51,408 nt of DNA, taken from contig CAINNK010000046.1 of NCBI GenBank assembly GCA_903851135.1, positions 1-51,408 of the forward strand, read 5' to 3'. The first letter of the stretch is position 1. Each line of letters opens with the position of its first letter. Origin of the DNA: an uncultured bacterium (GTDB lineage Bacteria > Patescibacteriota > Minisyncoccia > Moranbacterales > GWC2-37-73). Positions 36,885-45,205 of the stretch are shown here, piece by piece. The position numbers and the translations under genes were made by a program. The notes beneath the pieces were generated by a model. It saw only the letters and a program-made list of their open reading frames with translations. It was not told where the DNA came from and ran no database searches.

Positions 36885-38003
36885 TCAAACTTTTCTGATA
36901 AAATCGAGCGTCTCACGGGCGCTTTTTTCCCAAGAAAAATTCTGCAACTGCGTCAAACCCTTTTCAATCATTTGCTTGCGCAAATTTTCGTCATTCAAAA
37001 CTTTTTCCAAACAAGTTATCAATGCTTCAACTTTATTAGCGTCAAAATAAAGCGCCGCCCCACCACCAACCTCTGGCAGGCTAGAATTGCCAGCTAGCAC
37101 CGTTGGAACGCCGCACGCCATCGCTTCCAGCACCGGAATGCCAAAACCCTCGTACAGCGACGGAAACACGAAAACTGAAGCACTGCGATACAAAATCGGC
37201 AACTCAGCAAAAAGCACCTTACCAGTGATCACAATATCCTCAGCAAAAACACTACTTTTTGTGCGCTGCAAAATTTCTTCAAAACTCCAAGCCGGCGCGC
37301 CAGCAAAAACCAATTTCATTTCTGGATAGCTACTCTTGATTTTTTCAAAAGCCTCAAGCAACACCAGCAAATTTTTGCGCGGTTGAATCGCTCCAACATA
37401 CAACAAATAGCTTTTAGCTTTTAGCTTATAGCTTGCTAGAATTTTTTCTGTTTGACTCTCAGAAACATTCTGGTTAAAAAGTTGACAGTCAAAACCATGA
37501 TAAACGACTTTAATTTTGTTTTCTTTAATGACTGGATAAAATTTCAAAATATCACGCTTGGTCGCTTGCGAAACCGCCACCAGACCATCGGCACTTTGGA
37601 TTGCATAGTCACTAAGACTGTTGAGCCTGACTAATTCTTTTTCAGGAAAATACTGCGGAAAAAGTTTAAACGCCAAATCATGAATCGTCACCACGGTTTT
37701 CATTTTTTTGCGCCGAAACTTCGGCAGATTGTGAACCGGCATCCACAGCACCTGCGGCTTGTCGAAAAAAAGTTGCCAAGCAAAACGAGTCTGCGTCCAA
37801 AATCTCGGAAAAGGAATCTGTTTGAAAAAATAGTTCGCAAACGTTGGCGGCGTCAACTGAGGATTAAAATTATTCTGATGATAGATTTCAAAAGAATCTT
37901 CCCGATCCAAGTTGCCGAAATTCTTCAACATATTTAAAATATAAACCCTGGTTCCATCAACCCGCTGATGATCCAAATCTGCGGCATGAATTGCGATTTT
38001 CAT
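36885..38003 (-). CDS. Glycosyltransferase family 4 (mannosyltransferase-like)
   Basis: VTIHDLAF, VGAIQPRKN, FPSLYEGFGIPVLEAMACG, SSLPEVGG. Confidence 0.93.
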   Translation of the reverse strand: MKIAIHAADLDHQRVDGTRVYILNMLKNFGNLDREDSFEIYHQNNFNPQLTPPTFANYFFKQIPFPRFWTQTRFAWQLFFDKPQVLWMPVHNLPKFRRKKMKTVVTIHDLAFKLFPQYFPEKELVRLNSLSDYAIQSADGLVAVSQATKRDILKFYPVIKENKIKVVYHGFDCQLFNQNVSESQTEKILASYKLKAKSYLLYVGAIQPRKNLLVLLEAFEKIKSSYPEMKLVFAGAPAWSFEEILQRTKSSVFAEDIVITGKVLFAELPILYRSASVFVFPSLYEGFGIPVLEAMACGVPTVLAGNSSLPEVGGGAALYFDANKVEALITCLEKVLNDENLRKQMIEKGLTQLQNFSWEKSARETLDFIRKV

Positions 38004-38269
38004 ATGACTACAAATTAAGAATGATTACTGCAAATATAACAATATCAATGAGATAGACTCATTGTACCATTCTTAAGTCGAAAATGAAACGTAAGTCCCT
38101 GGGGATTTGAAAGAAAAATTAGTTTCAGGTGTAGTAAGTGTCGGGTTCACGAACTATTCAAAAAATTGAACAAATAGCAAGTGAGCAATATAAACAAAAA
38201 AACAATCTCTAAAAAGAAAGTTTTTTGTCTATATAAGGGTATCGTGGCTGAATCAAAGGAGGATAAAGC

Positions 38270-38761
38270 TTGAAGCCGAGATCTATCAAAAGAATGTGCA
38301 TTATATTTACAATGCTAATGTTTTGCACATTTTTTAACTCGACCAGAGCGTACACCGCCCAGTACGTTCAACCACCAACGGAAGACAAAGAGCTCCTGCC
38401 CGGAGTAATTTCTAAAACTAAACAAGTAACCGTAACAGGCTACTTTGGTCCCGTAAAAGAAGACTACACAAAAACAGCACAGTACCTAAAAGCTATTGCA
38501 ATGAACGGCGCTGGCAAAAAAACAGCATCGGGAAAAGTACCAAGCATTGGGACTGTTGCTGCAGATACACGTTATTATCCGTTCGGTACAAAAATCTATA
38601 TTCCAGAACTAAAATTCTCGGGAACAGTCAGGGATACTGGATCAGGAATTAAGGGATCAGGACGTATGGACATTTTTTGCGGACATGGCAAAAAAGCCGA
38701 GCAGATTGCCAAAGCGTTAGGGAGAAAAAAAGTCACCCTAATGATAGTAGAAGCAAGTTAG
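38270..38761 (+). CDS. Secreted 3D-domain protein (peptidoglycan remodelling)
   Basis: Signal peptide, then TASG, VAADTRYYPFGTKIYI, VRDTGSGIKG..RMDIF. SD aggagg before the TTG. Confidence 0.88.
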   Translation: MKPRSIKRMCIIFTMLMFCTFFNSTRAYTAQYVQPPTEDKELLPGVISKTKQVTVTGYFGPVKEDYTKTAQYLKAIAMNGAGKKTASGKVPSIGTVAADTRYYPFGTKIYIPELKFSGTVRDTGSGIKGSGRMDIFCGHGKKAEQIAKALGRKKVTLMIVEAS

Positions 38762-38799
38762 TTATTTTTTCAATTTAAACGGGCACGATACCAACAACA

Positions 38800-38841
38800 A
38801 ATAAAGGCAGAGAATATAAACAAATATTCCCTGCCTTTATT
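38800..38841. terminator. Bidirectional terminator hairpin between convergent genes
   Basis: aataaaggcagagaatat...atattccctgcctttatt. Confidence 0.65.
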
Positions 38842-38858
38842 CTTTTCCAAAAAGGATT

Positions 38859-39575
38859 TTACAAGCCTAGACTTGTCAGCAAAGTTTTGACTTCTTCTTC
38901 CCCCAATGCTCGCAATTGACCAACCTTCAAGTGGCCAAGTTTGACGTTCATGACTCGGATTCTTTGCAAATCAACCACTTCCCAACCAAGCGCCGCACAC
39001 ATGCGACGAATTTGATGTTTTTTGCCTTCAGTCAAAGTGATGTGAAAAGTCAATTCATCTTTTTTCTCCACAATCGCACTGCGAGTTTTAAAGTCCTCAA
39101 GTTGCACGCCCTGACGCATGACCTTGAGAAAAATATTTGTGATTGGTTTGTTTACACCAACCACATATTCCTTTTCATGCTCTCGGTCAGGATTGAGCAA
39201 TTTGTCAGTGATTCTTCCATCGTTACTGAGAATAATAAGTCCGCGTGAATTTTTGTCCAAGCGACCAATCGGAAAAACATCTTCCGCCACTTTAACCACG
39301 TTGGCGATACTTTTTTGTCCGTCTTTCGGCGAATGCGTCACGATGCCACGTGCTTTGTTGTAAGCATAGTAAACATATTTTTTCAAAACGCCTTTTTCTT
39401 TAACATTAAGCTCAACTTTGTCTTTTTCAAAAACTTTGTCACCAATTTGAGCTTTTTTACCATTGACAAGAACCAGGCCTTTGACAATATACTCGTCAGC
39501 CTCCCGCCGGCTGCAATAATTGTGCAGCGCCAAATAGCGATTGATTCGGATTGGATAAACTATTTTTTCTTCCAT
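38859..39575 (-). CDS. rRNA pseudouridine synthase (RsuA/RluB/RluF family)
   Basis: S4-like N-terminus (SRREAD), catalytic PIGRLD, HEKEY, EGKKHQIRRM. ATG 39575 preferred. Confidence 0.93.
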   Translation of the reverse strand: MEEKIVYPIRINRYLALHNYCSRREADEYIVKGLVLVNGKKAQIGDKVFEKDKVELNVKEKGVLKKYVYYAYNKARGIVTHSPKDGQKSIANVVKVAEDVFPIGRLDKNSRGLIILSNDGRITDKLLNPDREHEKEYVVGVNKPITNIFLKVMRQGVQLEDFKTRSAIVEKKDELTFHITLTEGKKHQIRRMCAALGWEVVDLQRIRVMNVKLGHLKVGQLRALGEEEVKTLLTSLGL

Positions 39576-39631
39576 AATTATTGCATTTTTGATTATATTC
39601 AACTCAACACCTATTTCTTAATCTAAAAACC

Positions 39632-39774
39632 TGAGAATAAATTTTTGAAAAATATATTGCTTGAGCAAGCCTTTCTTTTTTCTAAACTTTTCCATTGGTT
39701 GCCGTCGATTGAGGGAAAATTTTAGTTAAAAAAGAAAGAGCGGTGAGGATATTTTGAGAAAAATTTCATTCTCA
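39632..39774. repeat. Long imperfect palindrome (about 140 bp)
   Basis: tgagaataaattttt...ctttcttttttctaaacttttcc / ggaaaattttagttaaaaaagaaag...aaaaatttcattctca. Confidence 0.7.
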
Positions 39775-39808
39775 AATTTTGATAAGTAAAATATCCAAAG
39801 CTCAAAAC

Positions 39809-41392
39809 CTATTCTGCAAAATCAACTTTGATAGTCTTGATGACTTTTTTCGACAATTTGTAGCCCATGCGTTGCAGGATAATTTTCAAACCTTCACAAT
39901 AGTCATCAGGTTTTTCAACAATGTTATCAATCAATTCTTCAATGCTAATCCACTTTGTCTCTTGAACCTCGGCGACATTAGCCAGAACCTCACCGCCAAA
40001 TTTGCCAAGCAAAACTGTGGCATATTCATTCTCAATCAAACCATTACCAGTTTCAAACTTGTACGTAAAGCTGAATTTCTTTTGAAGCTTGCTTTCAATT
40101 CCCAATTCTTCCTGGAGCCTTCGCTGCGCTGTGACAATCAATTTTTCACCAGAAACACTGTGACTTGAACAAGAGTTTGACCAAAGACCAGCTGAATGCA
40201 TTTTGCCATCGGCTCTTTTTTGAATCAAATGCTGACCCTGCTCGTTGTAGATAAAAATTGAAAAAGCTTTGTGTAATTTGCCTTCACGGTGAGCTCTCAA
40301 TTTGTCTTGGGTGCCCTTTTCCTTGCCACGCACATCGCAAAGCACCACCCGATTTCGCAACACCGGACTTTCCTGGAAAACAATCTTCTGATCAAAATAT
40401 TTGTTGTTGATCAACATCCCAAAAACCCGCATCAACATCGGATTAGGTTCTTCCAAATGCGTCTGGAAAAAATTCCGATGAGCGTCAAAGCTCTGCGCGG
40501 CAATCTTGATCGCTTCTTTGTTTATTTCTCTCTCAGCAATAAGTCCGAGCACTTTCTTCTGCCAAGAAGAGCTCTTCGTTTCCTTTGGATTAGTAAGGGC
40601 TTTCTGAATAATTTTTTCTTCAATCAGACTATGCACTGGAAAAGTAACCACCCCATTTTTGATGTCTGAAAAAATGTCCTGACTCGCCTTGCTGACCTTG
40701 TCGATGTTTTGTCCAAAATCACCAAAATCACTGATCAGTTGACTGGCATTTGAAAAACGCAAATTGCCAGGCACCTCAAAAACATAGTTCTCAATAATGT
40801 CGAAATTGCCGCAAGACAAGGAAAAACCAATCAAGGGCGTGTAGTCATAAACCAGATTAAGACTTGTGTTTCGCTCAATATAATTTTCTTGCCATTTTGC
40901 ATTTATTTCTTCCAAAGTAGAAAAATTCACATTCAATTTTTCTCGCTCTAACCAAAAACCATAGGAAAGTTTGCCCATGAGTTCATCAACCAAACTACGG
41001 ATTTTGTCGATATGTTTTAAATCTTTTTTCAAACATTGTCCAAACAAATCATTAATGCAAGACAAAACCAAATCATGCTGCAAAACCGTTTCCATCACAA
41101 CCTTCTCACTTTCCCAAACATCCTGCTTGCGATCCAAAATCCATTTTGTTTTGTAGGCCCAAATCATGACCAACTCAATGATGATGGCTACTTCAACGTA
41201 TTGCTCCCAATTGCTGTCAGGACCACTGATAAAGCCAGCCTGAAATTGAATACCATTAAGATGCACGTTTTTCTTGACGTAGTCATTTTTCAAAAAAGCG
41301 TATTGCGGATACTGCTGACAAAAATCACCAAAGTGAGTGTTTAGCTTTTTTGAAGTTTCTTTGATTGTCTGATGATATGTTTTTGAATTCAT
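39809..41392 (-). CDS. Fusion of a degenerate trans-prenyltransferase-like domain with a type 1 isopentenyl-diphosphate isomerase (Nudix) domain
   Basis: C-terminal HREGKLHKAFSIFIYN..LIQKRA..K...GLWSNSCSSH, AQRRLQEELGI, GLIENE. N-terminal SQLISDFGD...K..QDIFSDIKNGVVTFP resembles the SARM region. Confidence 0.75.
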   Translation of the reverse strand: MNSKTYHQTIKETSKKLNTHFGDFCQQYPQYAFLKNDYVKKNVHLNGIQFQAGFISGPDSNWEQYVEVAIIIELVMIWAYKTKWILDRKQDVWESEKVVMETVLQHDLVLSCINDLFGQCLKKDLKHIDKIRSLVDELMGKLSYGFWLEREKLNVNFSTLEEINAKWQENYIERNTSLNLVYDYTPLIGFSLSCGNFDIIENYVFEVPGNLRFSNASQLISDFGDFGQNIDKVSKASQDIFSDIKNGVVTFPVHSLIEEKIIQKALTNPKETKSSSWQKKVLGLIAEREINKEAIKIAAQSFDAHRNFFQTHLEEPNPMLMRVFGMLINNKYFDQKIVFQESPVLRNRVVLCDVRGKEKGTQDKLRAHREGKLHKAFSIFIYNEQGQHLIQKRADGKMHSAGLWSNSCSSHSVSGEKLIVTAQRRLQEELGIESKLQKKFSFTYKFETGNGLIENEYATVLLGKFGGEVLANVAEVQETKWISIEELIDNIVEKPDDYCEGLKIILQRMGYKLSKKVIKTIKVDFAE

Positions 41393-41441
41393 AGTTTTGT
41401 CTCCTGTTTATTTGCGGATTTTCAACCTAATCTTTATTATA

Positions 41442-41528
41442 TGTCATCCTGAATTTATTTCAGGCTCCCTATTACAGAAAACTACGAGATATAAAGGAAG
41501 TAGATGCTGAAACAAGTTCAGCATGACA
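41442..41528. repeat. REP-like double-hairpin element (gtcat...atgac type)
   Basis: tgtcatcctgaatttatttcagg ... gatgctgaaacaagttcagcatgaca. A relative lies at 45076-45176. Confidence 0.75.
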
Positions 41529-41559
41529 CGCTATTTTTATTTGAGTTAATTCAATATTT

Positions 41560-41635
41560 GTAGCGGTGGATAGGATTCGAACCTTCAATTCAGCCAAATG
41601 AACGACTGCGTTTTAACCGATTAGACTACACCGCC
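41560..41635 (-). tRNA. Atypical or pseudo tRNA (8-nt anticodon loop GTTCATTT; identity unresolved)
   Basis: Minus strand GGCGGTG acceptor / CACCGCT, D-loop with GG, CAGTC/GGCTG anticodon stem, GGTTCGAATCC T-loop with a bulged T-stem. Confidence 0.65.
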
Positions 41636-41722
41636 TCTTTTTTTGAATGTTTTTTACAACTACTTTATCATAGCAACTATTTGAAAAATAAGCCAGGGTT
41701 GAGAGAATTTGGGGTTTTTGAG

Positions 41723-41764
41723 AAAAAAATAGAGCCACCCTGCATCATGTGCTTGGTGACTCTA
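41723..41764 (-). terminator. Intrinsic terminator of the small-ORF cluster
   Basis: tagagccacc...ggtgactcta stem with a T7 run on the minus strand. Confidence 0.6.
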
Positions 41765-41784
41765 AAATACTGAAATGTAAAAAC

Positions 41785-42027
41785 CTAACAACGTACCAGC
41801 TGACCCAGCTTCTGACGATGCCACCAAGAATCTTTACAACTGCAACCTCGGCAGTGCTTCTTGGCGTTAAATCTCAGGTCTGGCCCAACTAAAAAAACAA
41901 CACTTACCACTAGTTCTTTTGGGCATTCATCTACCACTGGAACTTCGGCGGAGTTTCCCTTGTTCTTTTTTTCTCCTTCATCAGCTTTTTCTGCGTCCTT
42001 GTTTACCTTCGTTGTTTTCTTTGCCAT
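41785..42027 (-). CDS. Small Cys-containing hypothetical protein, 80 aa
   Basis: SD-like aaggga before ATG, charged N-terminus, CRGCSC motif. Confidence 0.6.
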   Translation of the reverse strand: MAKKTTKVNKDAEKADEGEKKNKGNSAEVPVVDECPKELVVSVVFLVGPDLRFNAKKHCRGCSCKDSWWHRQKLGQLVRC

Positions 42028-42060
42028 GAGAAAATCCCTTTTAGTAGTTGATGAAAAGAA

Positions 42061-42318
42061 TCAAAGTTCACTGTCGCCACGATACCAGTTGATAACACGC
42101 ATCGCGTTCTCGTTTTCAAGAAGGTCTTCAAGCCTATTTTCTGACGCAGTATGTTCTTTGTCAAAACCGCACTGGGACTTATTACCACAACCGCAACAAA
42201 AGTCGCCATGCCTCAAGCCGTTGGCTAATTCTGGATTCTCTTCTACGATTTTAAGTCCTGCGGTTAGTATTTTTTTAACTTCAGCCCCAATTACTTCTGA
42301 CGTGCTTTCTAAAGTCAT
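42061..42318 (-). CDS. Small hypothetical protein with CCGC..C..H motif, 85 aa
   Basis: SD ggag before ATG, and HGDFCCGCGNKSQCGFDKEH. Confidence 0.6.
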   Translation of the reverse strand: MTLESTSEVIGAEVKKILTAGLKIVEENPELANGLRHGDFCCGCGNKSQCGFDKEHTASENRLEDLLENENAMRVINWYRGDSEL

Positions 42319-42387
42319 AGTGACTCCGTTTAAGGGTTAGTAAAGAAATTTATTCTACTCTTTTAGTAAAACTCTTTGAAAAATTAT

Positions 42388-42600
42388 TTACGAGAAAGGC
42401 TCTCTTATCCCCCTCTCCTTTCTCAATTTTTCAACCGCATCTTCCAAGCTGGGAGGAAGGTTGGGAGCTGGATAAGCTTCTTTCACTATTATAGGAGAAT
42501 TAACTTTTTTATTTTCTCCCCTTAATCCCACTGGCCTTGGGTCAACATTAGGTCCACCACAAAGCATATCAGGACGACCACTTGAGGTTCCTCCACTCAT
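42388..42600 (-). CDS. Small hypothetical protein, 70 aa
   Basis: Strong SD aaggag before ATG. Confidence 0.55.
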   Translation of the reverse strand: MSGGTSSGRPDMLCGGPNVDPRPVGLRGENKKVNSPIIVKEAYPAPNLPPSLEDAVEKLRKERGIREPFS

Positions 42601-42684
42601 AATTCACTCCTTCTCAAATCAAAAGATTAAAAAAATTAACAACCATTAAGTAAATTCATGACATTTTTCTACAAAAACCAGGAG

Positions 42685-42882
42685 TTAGACAATGCAAAGT
42701 TTTAGACATGATGTTACCAGCTCAATAGCTGCTATCAAAACGTCTTCAAATGTAACCCTTTTTTCAGAATAAAAATGCTCTTCCAATGAAGACTTTGCCA
42801 CTTCGATGTACATTTCAAATTCTTTCTCATTGAAAGGCAAATGATTTTTCCGTTTTTTCTGCTTGTAAAATACTCCAGACAT
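42685..42882 (-). CDS. Small hypothetical protein, 65 aa
   Basis: SD agggag before ATG. First gene after the promoter at 42967-42995. Confidence 0.55.
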   Translation of the reverse strand: MSGVFYKQKKRKNHLPFNEKEFEMYIEVAKSSLEEHFYSEKRVTFEDVLIAAIELVTSCLKLCIV

Positions 42883-42966
42883 AACGCTCCCTATAATTTA
42901 AGATGAACGAAAACTATTTTATTTGTAAAGAAAAATTTTCGAGCAAGGTTTCCTGCTCAATGAAAA

Positions 42967-42995
42967 ATGATAGCACTTTTTTGAACTGCCGTCAA
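42967..42995 (-). promoter_or_regulatory. Sigma70-like promoter
   Basis: Minus strand TTGACG-17 nt-TATCAT. Confidence 0.55.
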
Positions 42996-43173
42996 TAGTT
43001 TAAATATAGCTTTATGAAGCCATAATTTCAGAGTGTTAGGTCGATAGGATTTCCGCGTCACTCACTCGTCGACACTCGTTCGCTCCTTGCACACAGTGGC
43101 GCTAAATGCTCGCACACTCTCATTCATCGGCGTTCACTGCGAATGAAAAAATGTTCCTGTTTTCTTTTCTATG

Positions 43174-43244
43174 TTGGGAAGGAGGGATTCGAACCCCCGG
43201 TGACGGGACCAGAACCCGCTGCCTTACCGCTTGGCTACTTCCCA
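43174..43244 (-). tRNA. tRNA-Gln(CTG)
   Basis: TGGGAAG/CTTCCCA acceptor, AGCCAAGCGGTAAGGC D-arm, GCGGG-TTCTGGT-CCCGT anticodon arm, GGTTCGAATCC. Confidence 0.95.
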
Positions 43245-43337
43245 GAAAATGCATTGTATATTCAAAATAATATATTTTATACACAGACGCAAAACACATC
43301 AAACAAAATCCAGTATAACAGATTTGGAGAATAAATC

Positions 43338-43360
43338 AACCCGCCTCATCGGCGGGTTTT
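43338..43360. terminator. Terminator hairpin downstream of ftsX
   Basis: aacccgcc-tcatc-ggcgggtt. Confidence 0.6.
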
Positions 43361-43407
43361 ATGCATTACACATTATATACATTATACATCATACAAAATA
43401 CTTTATA

Positions 43408-44325
43408 CTAAATTTTCAGGTATCTTCTAATTGCAATTGAGGCACTGACTGTCCCTAGAATTATTCCCGAAACAAGCAGCAATCCAAAGATGACAAAAAA
43501 ATGGCTAAGATAGAAATCCAAAATATCACCCCCGGCAATACTGCCCCGCGTGATTGGCACCAAGAATTTGGAAGTGACAAAAAGCGCCAGCATCACACTG
43601 AAAGCTGAAGAAATTCCGTAAAATATTCCTTCAAAAATAAAAGGCATTTTAATGTAAATATTCGAAGCTCCCACCAGGCGCATAATTTCAAATTCCTGCC
43701 TGTGAGCATACATCGTCAGCCTGATTGCATTAAAGGTGATTAAAATTCCAATGAAAACAAAAACGACTCCAAGTGTCAAACCAACTTGTTCGACAATTTT
43801 GATGATAGTGATGAGACGCTGGATAGCTGATTTGTTTTCCTCATAATCAATATGACTGACATCTTCTGCAAAAGAGGAGGTGTTGATAGCCTTTACGATA
43901 ACATCATATTGATCAGAGCTCCTTGCTTTGATCACCAACGCTGAAAGCAAAGGATTGTCCCCAATTTCATCCAAGGCTTGAGAAATGGAAGGATTGTTAT
44001 TGCCAAACTTTTTGAACTGCTCCAAGGCTTGTTCTTTGGAAACAAAATCAATGGATTTTATTTCTTGATAACTCACCAATTTGCTCTTAATCTCCTGGAT
44101 TTTACTATCCTGGACGTCTGGATTGAAATAAACGCTAACATTGATTTTATCTTGGACGTTTTTCAATACGATGTTTGAAGCAACACCAATAATCAAAGTC
44201 ACGCTAATGATATAAAGCGAAATAGCCAACACGCTGACAGTTGCAAAGCTCAGCCAACCGTTGCGATAAAAATTGCTGAGTCCTTCCTTGAAGGTTCTTT
44301 GAAGTTTTGTGATTTTCATTCCCAT
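43408..44325 (-). CDS. ftsX: Cell division permease FtsX
   Basis: NFYRNGWLSFAT, FVSKEQAL, NPL, EFEIMRLVGAS..YIKMPFIFEG. Follows ftsE. Confidence 0.95.
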   Translation of the reverse strand: MGMKITKLQRTFKEGLSNFYRNGWLSFATVSVLAISLYIISVTLIIGVASNIVLKNVQDKINVSVYFNPDVQDSKIQEIKSKLVSYQEIKSIDFVSKEQALEQFKKFGNNNPSISQALDEIGDNPLLSALVIKARSSDQYDVIVKAINTSSFAEDVSHIDYEENKSAIQRLITIIKIVEQVGLTLGVVFVFIGILITFNAIRLTMYAHRQEFEIMRLVGASNIYIKMPFIFEGIFYGISSAFSVMLALFVTSKFLVPITRGSIAGGDILDFYLSHFFVIFGLLLVSGIILGTVSASIAIRRYLKI

Positions 44326-44342
44326 AAGCTTATGTTTTTGTT

Positions 44343-45038
44343 TTAAGCGTTAACTTTTGTTCCTGAATATTTGCCTTTTTCATTGTCACGAATAATTTTA
44401 CCGTCATCAATTTCCACCACACGCCTGCTTAGCTTGTCGACAATCACTTTGTTATGAGTGGCCAGCAAAATCGTGGTCCCGAGACTGTTTATTTTCACCA
44501 ACAATTGAATAATTTCCCAAGTTGAAATTGGATCAAGATTCCCGGTCGGTTCATCCGCAATAATAATCAAAGGATGATGGACCAAAGCTCGCGCCATGCA
44601 AACTCGCTGTTGCTCACCACCAGACAACTGCCGCGGGTATTTACCCATTTTGCTACTCATACCGACAATGTCCAAGATCTCCGGAACTCTTTGGGCAATT
44701 TCCTCATCAGGTTCACCTGCCACTTCAAGCGCATAGGCCACATTCTCATAGGCGGTTTTTTGCGGCAACAATTTAAAATCCTGAAAAACCGTTCCGACAT
44801 TACGACGATAAAACGGCAAATGTTTTCGCTTAATAGCATCCAATGAACGTTCATTGAAATATACTGCGCCCGAGGTCGGTTGCTCTTCAGCATAGAGCAA
44901 CTTGAGCAAAGTTGATTTGCCAGCTCCACTGTGTCCCACAATTGAAACGAATTCACCTTGTTGAATTGTCAAATTAATGTCTTCCAGAGCCACAAAATCA
45001 CCGGGATAAATTTTCGAAACATTTTCAAACTTGAGCAT
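44343..45038 (-). CDS. ftsE: Cell division ATP-binding protein FtsE
   Basis: GHSGAGKST, VFQDFKLL, LSGGEQQR, ADEPTGNLDP. Confidence 0.96.
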   Translation of the reverse strand: MLKFENVSKIYPGDFVALEDINLTIQQGEFVSIVGHSGAGKSTLLKLLYAEEQPTSGAVYFNERSLDAIKRKHLPFYRRNVGTVFQDFKLLPQKTAYENVAYALEVAGEPDEEIAQRVPEILDIVGMSSKMGKYPRQLSGGEQQRVCMARALVHHPLIIIADEPTGNLDPISTWEIIQLLVKINSLGTTILLATHNKVIVDKLSRRVVEIDDGKIIRDNEKGKYSGTKVNA

Positions 45039-45075
45039 TTTTTTATTTTAAACTTAAGAAATATTTTGCCAAGTT

Positions 45076-45176
45076 TATCATCTTGAGCGTAACATATTGA
45101 AGTCGAAAGACCTGAGCCCAGCTTTCTCGACTTTGCTAATTCTCATAAAATCGAATTAGCTCCGCTCGAAATGACA
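45076..45176. repeat. REP-like element (tcatcttgagcg...cgctcgaaatgaca) with nested hairpins
   Basis: Outer arms are inverted; inner aagtcgaaaga/tctcgactt and gctaattc/gaattagc stems. Confidence 0.65.
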
Positions 45177-45205
45177 AATTATTTTGATGACTTTTTTATT
45201 ATACA

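Noticed and set aside
41560-41635. tRNA-Sec
   Set aside because: No long variable arm or extended acceptor stem, and no sel genes in the window.
43120-43440. Short ORFs over tRNA-Gln (also 49660..49875 over the tRNA-Thr duplication)
   Set aside because: They are explained by the tRNA and repeat sequence, with no coding signal.
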